NCBI GenBank assembly: GCA_965223855.1
Contig: CBDCXM010000009.1
Location: forward strand, 2,496,001-2,560,000
Direction: 5' to 3'
DNA from: Candidatus Multivoradales bacterium
GTDB lineage: Bacteria > Acidobacteriota > Thermoanaerobaculia > Multivoradales > JAHEKO01
DNA length: 64,000 nt
The notes under the pieces were generated by a model that ran no database searches, was not told the origin of the DNA, and saw only the letters and a program-made list of their open reading frames with translations. Shown here piece after piece: positions 46,879-56,047 of this stretch; position 1 is the stretch's first letter; every line of letters starts with the position of its first letter. Both the position numbers and the translations under genes were made by a program.

Positions 46879-49800
46879 TCAGTGGAAGTCGTGGCTCGGC
46901 GCCGCGACCAGCTTCGCCAGCGGCCAGAACTTCTCGGCCTTGATCGAGTAACTGCCGTCACGCTGTTCGAGGATGCCCTCGACCACGAGGCCCGAAGAGC
47001 CGACGAGCGTCGTCCGGTGCTCCTGGAGCTGCTGTGGGGTGACGATCGCCTGTGACATGCCGGTTTCGTCTTCGAGGGTGACGAACAGCATCCCCTTGGC
47101 GGTTCCGGGACGCTGGCGCACGATGATCGAGCCGGCGGTCCGCACGCGGCTGCCGGGGGCGACCCGGCCGAGCAGTGCGGCCGGGAGAATCCTGTGTTTG
47201 CGCAGCTCCCCGCGCAGGTACTCGATCGGGTGCCTGCCGGTGGTGAGCCCCGCTGTGGCGTAGTCGGCGAGCGTCTCCTCGAAAGGGGTCATCTCGGGGA
47301 GCGGCCCCTGCGACGGTGGTGAGGCCGGGTCGCCTTCGGGGTCCGCCCTGTCGGCCGGAGAGGCGTTGCGCAGCAGTGGGCCGGTCGGCCGCGCGGCCGC
47401 CGCCACCTGCCACTGCGCGGCTCGGCGTGTGAGCCCCATGGAGCCGAGAGCGCCGACGTCGGCGAGCGCTGCCAGCTCGTCGTCGGGCAGGGTGGTTCGC
47501 GCGGCGAGCTCCTCGGCGTCACGGAACCTGCCGCCGGCCGCGCGCTGCTCGATCAGCGCCTCGGCCGACTCACGCCGCAACCCCTGGACGTAGCGCAGGC
47601 CGATGCGCGCGGCTCCGGCGGCGGCCTCCTTTCGGGAAGGGTTGTCGGGAGGGTCTTCCCAGGTGCAGTTCCAGGCGGAGTGGTTGACGTCGATCGGCAG
47701 CACCGTGACGCCGTGGCGCTGCGAGTCCTTGATCAGCGTCGCCGGGTGGTAGAAGCCCATCGGCCACGCGTTGAGCAGGGCGATGAGGAAGGCGGTCGGA
47801 TGGTGCGCCTTGAGATACGCGCTGGCGTAGGCGATGAGAGCGAAGCTTGCGGCATGCGACTCGGGAAAGCCGTAGAGGGCGAACGAGGTGATCGAGTCGA
47901 CGATCTCCTCCTGGGCCGCGCCGACGATGCCGCGTTCGGTCATCCCGCGGCGCAGGTTTTCTTCGAGCTGGCCCATCCTTTCGGTCGAGCGTTTGAACCC
48001 CATCGCCCGCCGCAGCTCCTCGGCCTGGCCGCCGGTGAATCCGGCCGCCTCCATTGCGATGCGGATGATCTGCTCCTGAAAGAGCACCACTCCGAGAGTG
48101 CGTTCGAGGATCGGCTCGAGGCACGGATGGGGGTAGGCGACCGGCTGCCGCCCTCGCCGGCGCTCGAAGTACGGATTCACCATGCCGCCGACGATCGGCC
48201 CCGGGCGGATGATCGCCACCTGGATGACGAGGTCGTAGAAGGTCTTCGGCGAATTGCGGGGCAGCGAAGCCATCTGCGCCCGGCTCTCGACCTGGAAGAC
48301 GCCCACGGTGTCGGCGGCGCACAGCATCTCGTAGGTCTTCGGGTCGTCCGGGGGCAGATGGGCGAGATCGACCGCCGTCTTCTCGTGGGTGCGGATGAGC
48401 GGAATCGCCTCCTCGAGCGCCTGCAGCATGCCGAGCCCGAGCAGGTCGACCTTGATGATTCCCAGGTCGGCGCAGTCGTCCTTGTCCCACTGCACGACGA
48501 CCCGGCCCTCCATGGCGGCGGGCTCGAGGGGGACGACCTCGTCGAGCCTGTCGGCGGCGATCACCATGCCGCCGGAGTGCTGGCCGAGATGGCGCGGCAG
48601 GTTCTGGATCCGCTGCCAGAAGGTGGCGAAAAGGAGGATCCGCGGGTCGTCGGCGTCGAACCCGGCGGAGGCGAGCTCCTCCGCGAGCACCTTCGGGTCG
48701 CCACGGCTCTTGTCGTAGTGCCAGCGGCCGAACTGCTTGGCGAGCCTGTCGACCTGCTGCGGCGAGTAGCCGAGCGCCTTGGCGACCTCGCGGGCGGCCG
48801 AGCGATCGCGGTAGGTGATGACGTTGGCGGTCATCGCCGCGCCGTGCGGACCGTAGCGCTCGTAGACGTACTGAATCACCTTCTCCCGCTGGTCGCCCGA
48901 CGGCAGGTCGAGGTCGATGTCCGGCCATTCGCCGCGTTCCTCGGAGAGGAAGCGCTCGAAGAGCAGCTGCATCTTCACCGGATCGACGGCGGTGATCGAC
49001 AGCGCGTAGCAGACGGCGCTGTTGGCCGCCGAACCGCGCCCCTGGACGAGGATGTCCTCGCGTTTGCAGAACTGGATCAGGTCGCGAACGATCAGGAAGT
49101 AGCCGGCGAGGTCGAGCCGGTCGATCATGTCGAGCTCTCTGGCGAGCTGCGCCTGGGCGCGTGCGGTCATCGGCCGGAAGCGCGACAGCGCTTCGCTCCA
49201 GGTGACCTGGCGCAGATAGGAACTCGCCGTCTCTCCCGGCGGCAGAGGGTAATCGGGGAAGCGGTAGCCGAGATCGGCGAGCGTGAAGTCGAGTCGCTCG
49301 GCCAGCTCGGTGCTGGAGGCGACGGCGCGGGGGAGGTCGGCGAAGAGCTGTGCCATCTCGTCACCCGACTTGAGCGACCGTTCGCGCTGCGCGGCGAGCA
49401 GCCGACCGGCCTCGTCGAGGTGCGTATGGCAGCGGATGCAGGTCAGAATGTCGTGGAGGTCCTTGTCCCGCGGCCGGGCGTAGCGGACCCCGTTGGTCGC
49501 CACGAGCGGCAGGCGGAGAGAAGCGGCGAGACCGACGAGCGCCTGATTGCGCCACTCCTCGTGCCGGCGTCGATGGCGTTGCAGCTCGACGTGCAGCCGG
49601 CCGTCGAACAGGTGCGCGAGCCGCTCCAGGGTGCGGCGGGCTTGCTCGAGCCGGTCGCTTTCGAGCCGGTCGCTCTCGAGCGCCCGGGCGATCGGCCCTT
49701 CGTCGCCGCCGCTCAGGCAGTGCAGTCCTTCGGCGTGAGCGGCGATCGTCTCCCAGTCCGCCGCCGCCTCGCCCTTGGGTCGCCCTCGGGCGGCGGCGGT

Positions 49801-50442
49801 GAGCAGCCGGCACAGGTTGCGATACCCGCGCCGGCTATCTACCAGCACTGTCAATCTTGTTTCTGGCAATCTTGTCTCTGGCAGCCGGGTTTCCGGCGGC
49901 GGCTCACAGGTCTCGGGAGAAAAGAGCGAGGCGCCGCCCGGTGCGCGGAGGGCGGACGGGAACTCGTCCGCCTTCTCGAAGGAGAGTGGGCGGTCTCCAT
50001 CGCAGCGGGCGACGCCTCGAGTTTCCGGAGTGGGACGGGTCGAAAGGGAATCAGCAGCGCCGGGAGGCAGCGGCGATTCGAGAACGATTTCCGCCCCCAC
50101 CAGCGCCTGCAGGCCGGCCTCCTTCGCCGCCTTGTAGAACCGCGGCGCACCGTACACCCCGTTGCGATCGACGAGCGCGACCGCCGGCAACCCCAGCTCG
50201 GCCGCCCGCGCGACCAGATCTTCCGGCTGCGAGGCACCGTCGAGGAAGCTGAACGAAGAGGCGGAGCGCAGTTCGGCGTAGGGAAGCGAAGGGCGGCTCG
50301 AGCGATACCGGCGCTTCTGCAGCTCCAGCTTCCGCGCCCCGGGCGAAGTCGTGATGCGCTCGATCGGATCCCGATCCTCACTACTCCTGCGGACGGGCTG
50401 GTGAGTCTCGAAGGGGTTGCCGGGTCGCTTGCGGTACATCAT
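46879..50442 (-). CDS. dnaE2: Error-prone DNA polymerase III alpha subunit (ImuC)
   Basis: PHP 'YAEL...SFSFLDGAS', 'GRGSAANS', 'PDIDLD', 'YGFPESHA', 'RQRPGTAKG', C-terminal 'SHDFH'. Start ATG 50442 or 50439. Confidence 0.96.
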   Translation of the reverse strand: MMYRKRPGNPFETHQPVRRSSEDRDPIERITTSPGARKLELQKRRYRSSRPSLPYAELRSASSFSFLDGASQPEDLVARAAELGLPAVALVDRNGVYGAPRFYKAAKEAGLQALVGAEIVLESPLPPGAADSLSTRPTPETRGVARCDGDRPLSFEKADEFPSALRAPGGASLFSPETCEPPPETRLPETRLPETRLTVLVDSRRGYRNLCRLLTAAARGRPKGEAAADWETIAAHAEGLHCLSGGDEGPIARALESDRLESDRLEQARRTLERLAHLFDGRLHVELQRHRRRHEEWRNQALVGLAASLRLPLVATNGVRYARPRDKDLHDILTCIRCHTHLDEAGRLLAAQRERSLKSGDEMAQLFADLPRAVASSTELAERLDFTLADLGYRFPDYPLPPGETASSYLRQVTWSEALSRFRPMTARAQAQLARELDMIDRLDLAGYFLIVRDLIQFCKREDILVQGRGSAANSAVCYALSITAVDPVKMQLLFERFLSEERGEWPDIDLDLPSGDQREKVIQYVYERYGPHGAAMTANVITYRDRSAAREVAKALGYSPQQVDRLAKQFGRWHYDKSRGDPKVLAEELASAGFDADDPRILLFATFWQRIQNLPRHLGQHSGGMVIAADRLDEVVPLEPAAMEGRVVVQWDKDDCADLGIIKVDLLGLGMLQALEEAIPLIRTHEKTAVDLAHLPPDDPKTYEMLCAADTVGVFQVESRAQMASLPRNSPKTFYDLVIQVAIIRPGPIVGGMVNPYFERRRGRQPVAYPHPCLEPILERTLGVVLFQEQIIRIAMEAAGFTGGQAEELRRAMGFKRSTERMGQLEENLRRGMTERGIVGAAQEEIVDSITSFALYGFPESHAASFALIAYASAYLKAHHPTAFLIALLNAWPMGFYHPATLIKDSQRHGVTVLPIDVNHSAWNCTWEDPPDNPSRKEAAAGAARIGLRYVQGLRRESAEALIEQRAAGGRFRDAEELAARTTLPDDELAALADVGALGSMGLTRRAAQWQVAAAARPTGPLLRNASPADRADPEGDPASPPSQGPLPEMTPFEETLADYATAGLTTGRHPIEYLRGELRKHRILPAALLGRVAPGSRVRTAGSIIVRQRPGTAKGMLFVTLEDETGMSQAIVTPQQLQEHRTTLVGSSGLVVEGILEQRDGSYSIKAEKFWPLAKLVAAPSHDFH

Positions 50443-50452
50443 GGGGAGAAGG

Positions 50453-50481
50453 AGTGTAGGCGTAAATAAAGCGTAAATCAA
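50453..50481 (-). promoter_or_regulatory. dnaE2 promoter overlapped by direct-repeat operator ATTTACGC-N3-ATTTACGC
   Basis: Minus strand TTGATT-17 nt-TACACT; plus strand GCGTAAAT at 50460-50467 and 50471-50478. Confidence 0.75.
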
Positions 50482-50520
50482 GTGAAAGCCACCGCGATCC
50501 GAGAAAAGAAGGCAGGCAGG

Positions 50521-50957
50521 GGTTCAGTCCCGCCCTCGAACCCCGATGGTCAGACCGCCAGAGCTTTCCAGGTAGAGCAGGACGGGGCATGGGCAGAGGG
50601 GTCGGTCTCTTTCCGCCGACCCGAAGCCCTTCGCCAGGCCAGGATCTCGTATTGCGCCGGAGTTCCAGTGACAGGGTACCTATTCACTGCGCACAGTCCG
50701 GCCTACTCAGCCTCGGCAGGCAGACCGGCGTTCCCAGGTACGGAATTCAGTAACCTGTCACCGAAACTCCTGATGGTGAGACCACCAGAGCCCTCCAGGT
50801 AGAGCAGGACGGAGTCCGGCGGAGGTCGGCTTCCTTACGCCCTACCCGGAGCCTTTGGCCGGGGCTGTCGGAGTCCGCAACGGGTTCTGCTCGAAGAGGG
50901 GGAGTCTTCTCCGAGTGCCGAGCGTCAAGATGGGTATCCTGTCACCGGAACTCCAGG
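50521..50957. repeat. Intergenic repeat cluster: two diverged ~120-bp direct repeats plus 24-bp inverted repeats
   Basis: Copies ~50521-50640 and ~50744-50865 share 'gatggt.agacc.ccagagc..tccaggtagagcaggacgg'; ccggagttccagtgacagggtacc (50657-50680) is near reverse-complementary to ggtatcctgtcaccggaactccag (50933-50956). Confidence 0.8.
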
Positions 50958-52003
50958 AACCGCCGGATCCTCTGGTCGACGTTCTTCTCCAGATCCGAGA
51001 AGAACAGAGCCACATCGAGTGCGTGGTAGTCGCCGCGTCGTGAGCGCTCCAGCCCCGGGTCGGCCGGCGCGGCGATCTCCAGGTAGCCCTCGACGCACCT
51101 GGCTTCGGGTGGGCCGGAGACCCGGACCGAGGGTGGAGAGAGGGCCCCGCCGCTCATCTCCGAGGCCGAAGCGGGCTCGCCGTCGATGCGCCAGCTGAGC
51201 GGGTTGGTGCACAGGAGGCGTCGACTGTCGTTCGGTCGCCAGTCGGGCAACTCCCCGGAGCGGGCCTGGCGCCAGGCGTGACGGAGTCGGCGATGCCAGC
51301 GGGGGCGCACTCCGGCGGCGACCGAGTTCCAGCTGACGACGCAGCCGGTCTGGAGGGAGTTCTCGCAGGGTGCGAGCGGCGACTCGGCATCGAGCTTCTC
51401 CAGCGGTACGGCGATGCCGATCAGATAGGCGGCGACCATTCGTTGCGCTTCGGGGGAGCCGTCGATGCGGCGCTCGAGCAGCCGCAGCAGGTGATCGGCT
51501 CCCTGGCTGTGGCCGGCGAGGACGAACGGGCGCTCGCCGTTCCACCGCTCGACGAAGTGATCGAACGCCGCCTCCACGTCGCTGTAGGCGAGCTCCCGCG
51601 CCGCGACGCCTGGACCGGTGTCGTCGAAGTAGGAGGCGACGAGCGCCTGGCGGTAGCGCGGCGCGAAGACACGTGCCGCGGCGTCGAAGGCGGGCGTCTG
51701 ATGCGCGATGGGACCGCGGTCGGTGATCCGGTTGACGTCGTCGTCGTCGAGCCGGGCGTTCCAGGCTTCGCCGGTGCCGTAGGTCGTCGGGTGCAGGTAG
51801 AAAACGTCGGCCGGCCTGGACTTGGCGTCTTCGTCCGGCTTCGACAGGCGCGCCCACGACGAGCCGTCGCGATAGTCGGGTGCGCGGCCAGCGTCAGGAC
51901 TGGCTTCGGGATTGGCGCCGGGACGCGAGGAGGTGGATAGCCACGCGAAGAAGCCGAGTCCCAGGCCGGCGACCACGAGGAGCAGGAGAACCCGGCGAGC
52001 CAT
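50942..52003 (-). CDS. DUF3089-family alpha/beta hydrolase (putative esterase)
   Basis: 'ADVFYLHPTT', 'FAPRYRQA', 'LAGHSQG', 'LCTNPLSW', 'DYHALD'. Confidence 0.88.
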   Translation of the reverse strand: MARRVLLLLVVAGLGLGFFAWLSTSSRPGANPEASPDAGRAPDYRDGSSWARLSKPDEDAKSRPADVFYLHPTTYGTGEAWNARLDDDDVNRITDRGPIAHQTPAFDAAARVFAPRYRQALVASYFDDTGPGVAARELAYSDVEAAFDHFVERWNGERPFVLAGHSQGADHLLRLLERRIDGSPEAQRMVAAYLIGIAVPLEKLDAESPLAPCENSLQTGCVVSWNSVAAGVRPRWHRRLRHAWRQARSGELPDWRPNDSRRLLCTNPLSWRIDGEPASASEMSGGALSPPSVRVSGPPEARCVEGYLEIAAPADPGLERSRRGDYHALDVALFFSDLEKNVDQRIRRFLEFR

Positions 52004-52076
52004 GTTGCGATCCTAACCGCGGGTCGCCACCCGATGACCGCAATCGACGCGAAGTCGAAGAGCTAACATCACTCCG

Positions 52077-52769
52077 ATGTGCGGCCGCTACACGGTGTCG
52101 AACCCCGGCGAGGTCCTCGGTGACCTGCTCGAGGGTGCCCCGTTCACACCGGTCGAGGCGCGGTTCAACGTCGCTCCGACCCAGGATGCGCCGGTGATCG
52201 TCTCCGATGAGCACGGTCGGCGGGAGCTGCGCTCGATGCGCTGGGGGCTGGTCCCCTTCTGGGCCGAGAGCCTCGACGGCGGTGCGCGGGCGATCAATGC
52301 ACGCTCGGAGACCGTCGCCGAGAAGCCGACCTTTCGCGAAAGCTTCGCCCGCCGCCGATGCCTGGTGGCCGCCGACGGCTTCTACGAATGGCAGAAGGTG
52401 CCGGGAGGCAAGCAGCCCTACCACCTGAGGCTTCCGGACGGCGGGCCGATCGCGTTCGCCGGAGTGTGGGATCGCTGGCGCGGGCCGCGAGGGAGGGTGG
52501 TCGAGTCGTTCTCGATTCTCACGACGACACCTCACCCGGTGGTCGAGCCGATCCACGACCGGATGCCGGTCTTCCTCGCCCCGGAGGCGCGCCCGATCTG
52601 GATCGATCGCGAGACGGCGACGGAGGCCCTTCACGCTCTGCTCGGGCCGTGGCGGGGAGAGCTCGAGGCGGTGCCGGTGAGCGATCGGGTCAACTCTCCC
52701 GCCAACGATTCGCTCGAGTGCCTGCAGCCCGTGCTGCCGCCGCCGCAGCAGAGTTCGCTCTTCGAATGA
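52077..52769 (+). CDS. SOS response-associated peptidase (SRAP; YedK/HMCES abasic-site protection)
   Basis: N-terminal 'MCGRY', 'FNVAPTQ', 'WGLVP', 'INARSET', 'GFYEW', 'HDRMP'. Confidence 0.95.
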   Translation: MCGRYTVSNPGEVLGDLLEGAPFTPVEARFNVAPTQDAPVIVSDEHGRRELRSMRWGLVPFWAESLDGGARAINARSETVAEKPTFRESFARRRCLVAADGFYEWQKVPGGKQPYHLRLPDGGPIAFAGVWDRWRGPRGRVVESFSILTTTPHPVVEPIHDRMPVFLAPEARPIWIDRETATEALHALLGPWRGELEAVPVSDRVNSPANDSLECLQPVLPPPQQSSLFE

Positions 52770-54475
52770 GGAGGCCCGTGCCGCGACCGTGCGCCGGGAC
52801 GCTCGCGCTGGCTGGGACAGTGCTGGCTGCGACGGTGCTGGCCGTGGCGGCAACCGGGTGCCTGTCGAAGGACGAGCCGGGGACTGCCGGCAGACCCGGC
52901 GCGGCCGGCAGAGGAGTCCGCGGCATCGTCCTGATCTCGCTCGACACGCTGCGCGCCGACCGGCTCGGCGCCTACGGCTACGCACGCCCGACTTCGCCCT
53001 TCCTCGACTCGCTGGCCGCCAGGGGGACGCTCTTCGAGCATGCCTACGCGCCCTACCCGTCGACGCTCGTCGCTCACGCTTCGCTCTTCACCGGGTTGTC
53101 GCCGGACGAACACGGCGTGCGGCCCCCTTCAGGGGTTCTGCCCTCCGATGCACCGACCGTTCCCGAGCTTCTGTCCGCTGCCGGCTTCCGGACGTCGGGG
53201 CACACGGAAGGGGGCTTCGTCGCCGGCGGTTTCGGTTTCGCCCGCGGCTTCGAGCGCTTCACCGACACCGCCTACGAGCAGGACGCCGACCTCGAGCGCA
53301 CCCTCTCCCGGGGGCTCGACTTCCTGGAGACCCTCGAGCCCGGGGCGCGCTTCTTCCTCTTTCTCCACAGCTACTCGGTGCACGACCCCTACGATCCGCC
53401 GCGGGGGGTGGAGCGGTTCGACCCGGCGCCGCCACCCGCCCCGGACTCGAGCGGTGAGCGGTTGCGGCGGCACAACGACGGTTCTGCGCCGCTGCCCACC
53501 GCTGTCGTCGCCCGGATGTCGGACCGCTACGACGCGTCGGTGCGCTATGCCGACGAGCAGCTCGAGAGCTTCTTCGCCGAGGCCGACGCGCTCGGGGCCT
53601 GGGACGACTCGGTCCTCGTCGTGACCTCCGATCACGGCGAGGAGTTCCTTGAGCACGAGAGGGTCGGGCACACCCAGGCGTATCCGGAGAATCTGCGCGT
53701 GCCGCTGCTGCTGGTCGACTTCAGGCGAGCGGGCGGTGCCGACGCCGTGCCTGGTACCCGGGTTAGGGAGCCCGTCGATCTGGCCGATCTGGCGCCGACG
53801 CTGTTGGAACTGGCGCGCGTCGAACCGCCGGCACGGCTTGCAGGTCGATCGCTCCTCGGGGCGCGGCCGGAGCGGTCGATGGCGATCGGCCTCGCCGAGT
53901 CGGAGGAACTGGCGACTCGCAGCATCGTGGCGAGGGTGGACGGCACCCTCTACCAGCTGCTGGAGTCGTCACCTCCGGACGAGGCGGAGGGTATCTGGCT
54001 GCCGCCGGTGCTGTCGTTCGACAGTGTGTCGGAGCGGCTCAGCTTCCGCGCCCGGAGCTATCGCCAGGCTCGCACGCTGACGGCCTCGATCGAAGGAGAG
54101 GCACTCGCTCACTTCGAGCTGACCCCTGCCTGGTCGGACTTCGAGCTGACGATTCCCGGTGGCGGTTCCGGGGACCGGGTGACGGAGCTGCAGTTCGAAG
54201 TCGACGGTTGCTCGGTGCCGGCCGAGGTCGAGGGCGGTACCGACGAGCGCTGTCTTTCGGGCGTGGTGCAGGGCCTCCACCTCGGCCGCTGGGCGCTCTT
54301 CGATCTCGAGGCCGATCCGCTCGCCGCTACGGACCTGGCACCTGTGAGGGTGGGAGTGGTGAGGCATCTCGCGAGGAGGCTCGCCGAGACTCGGGGGGAG
54401 CGCCGTGAGAGCCGAACGCGCGAGCTGCCGGCCGAGGAGGCGGAGACCCTGAGAGCGCTCGGCTACCTCGACTGA
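52766..54475 (+). CDS. Sulfatase-like hydrolase/transferase lipoprotein
   Basis: ATGA-coupled to SRAP; 'LISLDTLRAD', 'STLVAHASLFTG', 'HDPY', 'TSDHGEEF', C-terminal 'LRALGY'. Confidence 0.88.
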   Translation: MRRPVPRPCAGTLALAGTVLAATVLAVAATGCLSKDEPGTAGRPGAAGRGVRGIVLISLDTLRADRLGAYGYARPTSPFLDSLAARGTLFEHAYAPYPSTLVAHASLFTGLSPDEHGVRPPSGVLPSDAPTVPELLSAAGFRTSGHTEGGFVAGGFGFARGFERFTDTAYEQDADLERTLSRGLDFLETLEPGARFFLFLHSYSVHDPYDPPRGVERFDPAPPPAPDSSGERLRRHNDGSAPLPTAVVARMSDRYDASVRYADEQLESFFAEADALGAWDDSVLVVTSDHGEEFLEHERVGHTQAYPENLRVPLLLVDFRRAGGADAVPGTRVREPVDLADLAPTLLELARVEPPARLAGRSLLGARPERSMAIGLAESEELATRSIVARVDGTLYQLLESSPPDEAEGIWLPPVLSFDSVSERLSFRARSYRQARTLTASIEGEALAHFELTPAWSDFELTIPGGGSGDRVTELQFEVDGCSVPAEVEGGTDERCLSGVVQGLHLGRWALFDLEADPLAATDLAPVRVGVVRHLARRLAETRGERRESRTRELPAEEAETLRALGYLD

Positions 54476-54508
54476 CACCGGCGGGCGATCGATGGCTGGT
54501 GCGTCGGC

Positions 54509-56047
54509 TCAGTCGTAGATCCCGTCGGCGTACCAGCCGTCGTCGCGGCGGTCGCGATAGATCCGGTAGACCGCCCCGTCTTCCAGTTCGACGTCCCAGT
54601 AGTCGCGATCGACGGGGTCGTCGTCCCACCAGTTCTCCTCGAGAGCCCACGGCCCGGAAGCGACGCGCACCCGGCCCGAGATGCCCGGGCGGCGTTCGTT
54701 CTCCTCGCTGACGACGCTCTGGACGCGGCGGGGACGGTCTGCACCGATCACCTCGAGCGCGATGGCGGGACGCAACGCCCGCACGGCGAGCAGCCCGTAG
54801 CTGCGGGCGGGCACCTCACGCACCTCGTCGTCTTCGCCCACGGTGTTCGCGGCTGGGGGAGGCTTGAAGCGCAGAAGGCGAAAGCTGCCCGGGAGGTGCT
54901 CGTCGGCCGGTTCGGGAGTGCCGAGATGCTCCGGTCCCAGGAGGCTGAAGAGCCGTGCCAGGGTCGTGGCGAGCTGGTCGGGGGAAAGCGCCGCCGGTCC
55001 GAAGAGCGTGAGTTGCGCTTCGCGTGGCCGATCGGGGTGGCCGCGTACGGTGAAGCCGACGACCGGCGCCCCTGGTGGTGAGGCTTCGAGGTCGAGCCGG
55101 AGCAGCGTGAGCAGAGTCTTGCTGTCGCGCGTCGGAGCGGGCAGCTCGACGCTGCGTTCGTGCGTGCCGTCCGGCTCGAGTCGCAGCGAGGTCTGGAGTC
55201 GCTGGCAGGCGAACCCCCGTCGCCGCATCCGGTCGCACATCCGGTCGATCGCGGCACGAGCGACGAACAGGAACGGTTCGAGATCGGTGAGCGCCCATTC
55301 GAGATCCACCCCCTCGTCGAAGGTGGGGGCGGGGCGATGCGGGACGAGCGGGCGCACGTCGATACCGCGTGCCTGACGGTGAAGCTTGCGCCCGACCTCC
55401 CCGAAGCGGCTCGCGATGTCGTTGTCGGGCAGCCGGGCGAAGTCGCCGATCGAGTGGAGCCCCCAACGTTCGAGCCGCGTCAGGATGTGGGCTTCGGCCA
55501 GCAGACGCGAGAGAGGCAGTGGGGCGAGAAACCCGGCCTCTTCGCCGCTCGGTACGAGGGTGGGGGAGTCGGGCTGCTCCGCGGCGACGCGGGCGGCGAG
55601 CTTGGAACCTGCAATACCCACCCGGGCGCAGAGGCCGGCGCGCTCGGCGGCCCGGCCGAGTGCCGTGCCGAGCTCACGCTCGTCGCTCCAGTGACGTTCC
55701 AGCCCGGTCGTATCGAGGAAGACGATTCCCTGCCCGGCGTCCTCGAAACGGGGGGAGAGTGCTTCGGCGATCTCCAGCAGGCACTGCTGCGCGGCATGCT
55801 CGGCGGCGGCGTTGCGGCTGCGGGCGACGAGATTGGGCAGCAGCGCGCGCGCCTGGGCGAGCGACATACCGCGCCGGACACCCCCCTGACGCGCCCGGCG
55901 GCTGGCGGCATGAACCCGCGCGGCGTTGCCGTTGCCCTCGAGCAGCACCAGCGCCTCGCCGGCGAGCTCCGGTTCACTGCGAAGCCTCGCCGCGAGCGGG
56001 AAGAGCGGGACGGCAAGGCAGGCGACCCTCGCCGCAGAGTCGCTCAA
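54509..56047 (-). CDS. imuB: ImuB, catalytically inactive Y-family polymerase homolog
   Basis: 'GVRRGMSLAQARAL', 'GIAGSKLAA', 'FLAPLPL', beta-clamp-like 'QLTLF', C-terminal 'GPW..E.WW...RDYW...GIYD'; TTGA-coupled to imuA. Confidence 0.9.
   Translation of the reverse strand: MSDSAARVACLAVPLFPLAARLRSEPELAGEALVLLEGNGNAARVHAASRRARQGGVRRGMSLAQARALLPNLVARSRNAAAEHAAQQCLLEIAEALSPRFEDAGQGIVFLDTTGLERHWSDERELGTALGRAAERAGLCARVGIAGSKLAARVAAEQPDSPTLVPSGEEAGFLAPLPLSRLLAEAHILTRLERWGLHSIGDFARLPDNDIASRFGEVGRKLHRQARGIDVRPLVPHRPAPTFDEGVDLEWALTDLEPFLFVARAAIDRMCDRMRRRGFACQRLQTSLRLEPDGTHERSVELPAPTRDSKTLLTLLRLDLEASPPGAPVVGFTVRGHPDRPREAQLTLFGPAALSPDQLATTLARLFSLLGPEHLGTPEPADEHLPGSFRLLRFKPPPAANTVGEDDEVREVPARSYGLLAVRALRPAIALEVIGADRPRRVQSVVSEENERRPGISGRVRVASGPWALEENWWDDDPVDRDYWDVELEDGAVYRIYRDRRDDGWYADGIYD

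Noticed and set aside
49859-50077. Intein in DnaE2
   Set aside because: Too short, low complexity, and no intein block motifs or His-Asn terminus.
50482-50802. 106-aa plus-strand ORF in the dnaE2 upstream gap
   Set aside because: Runs through the repeat cluster with atypical codon use and no motif.
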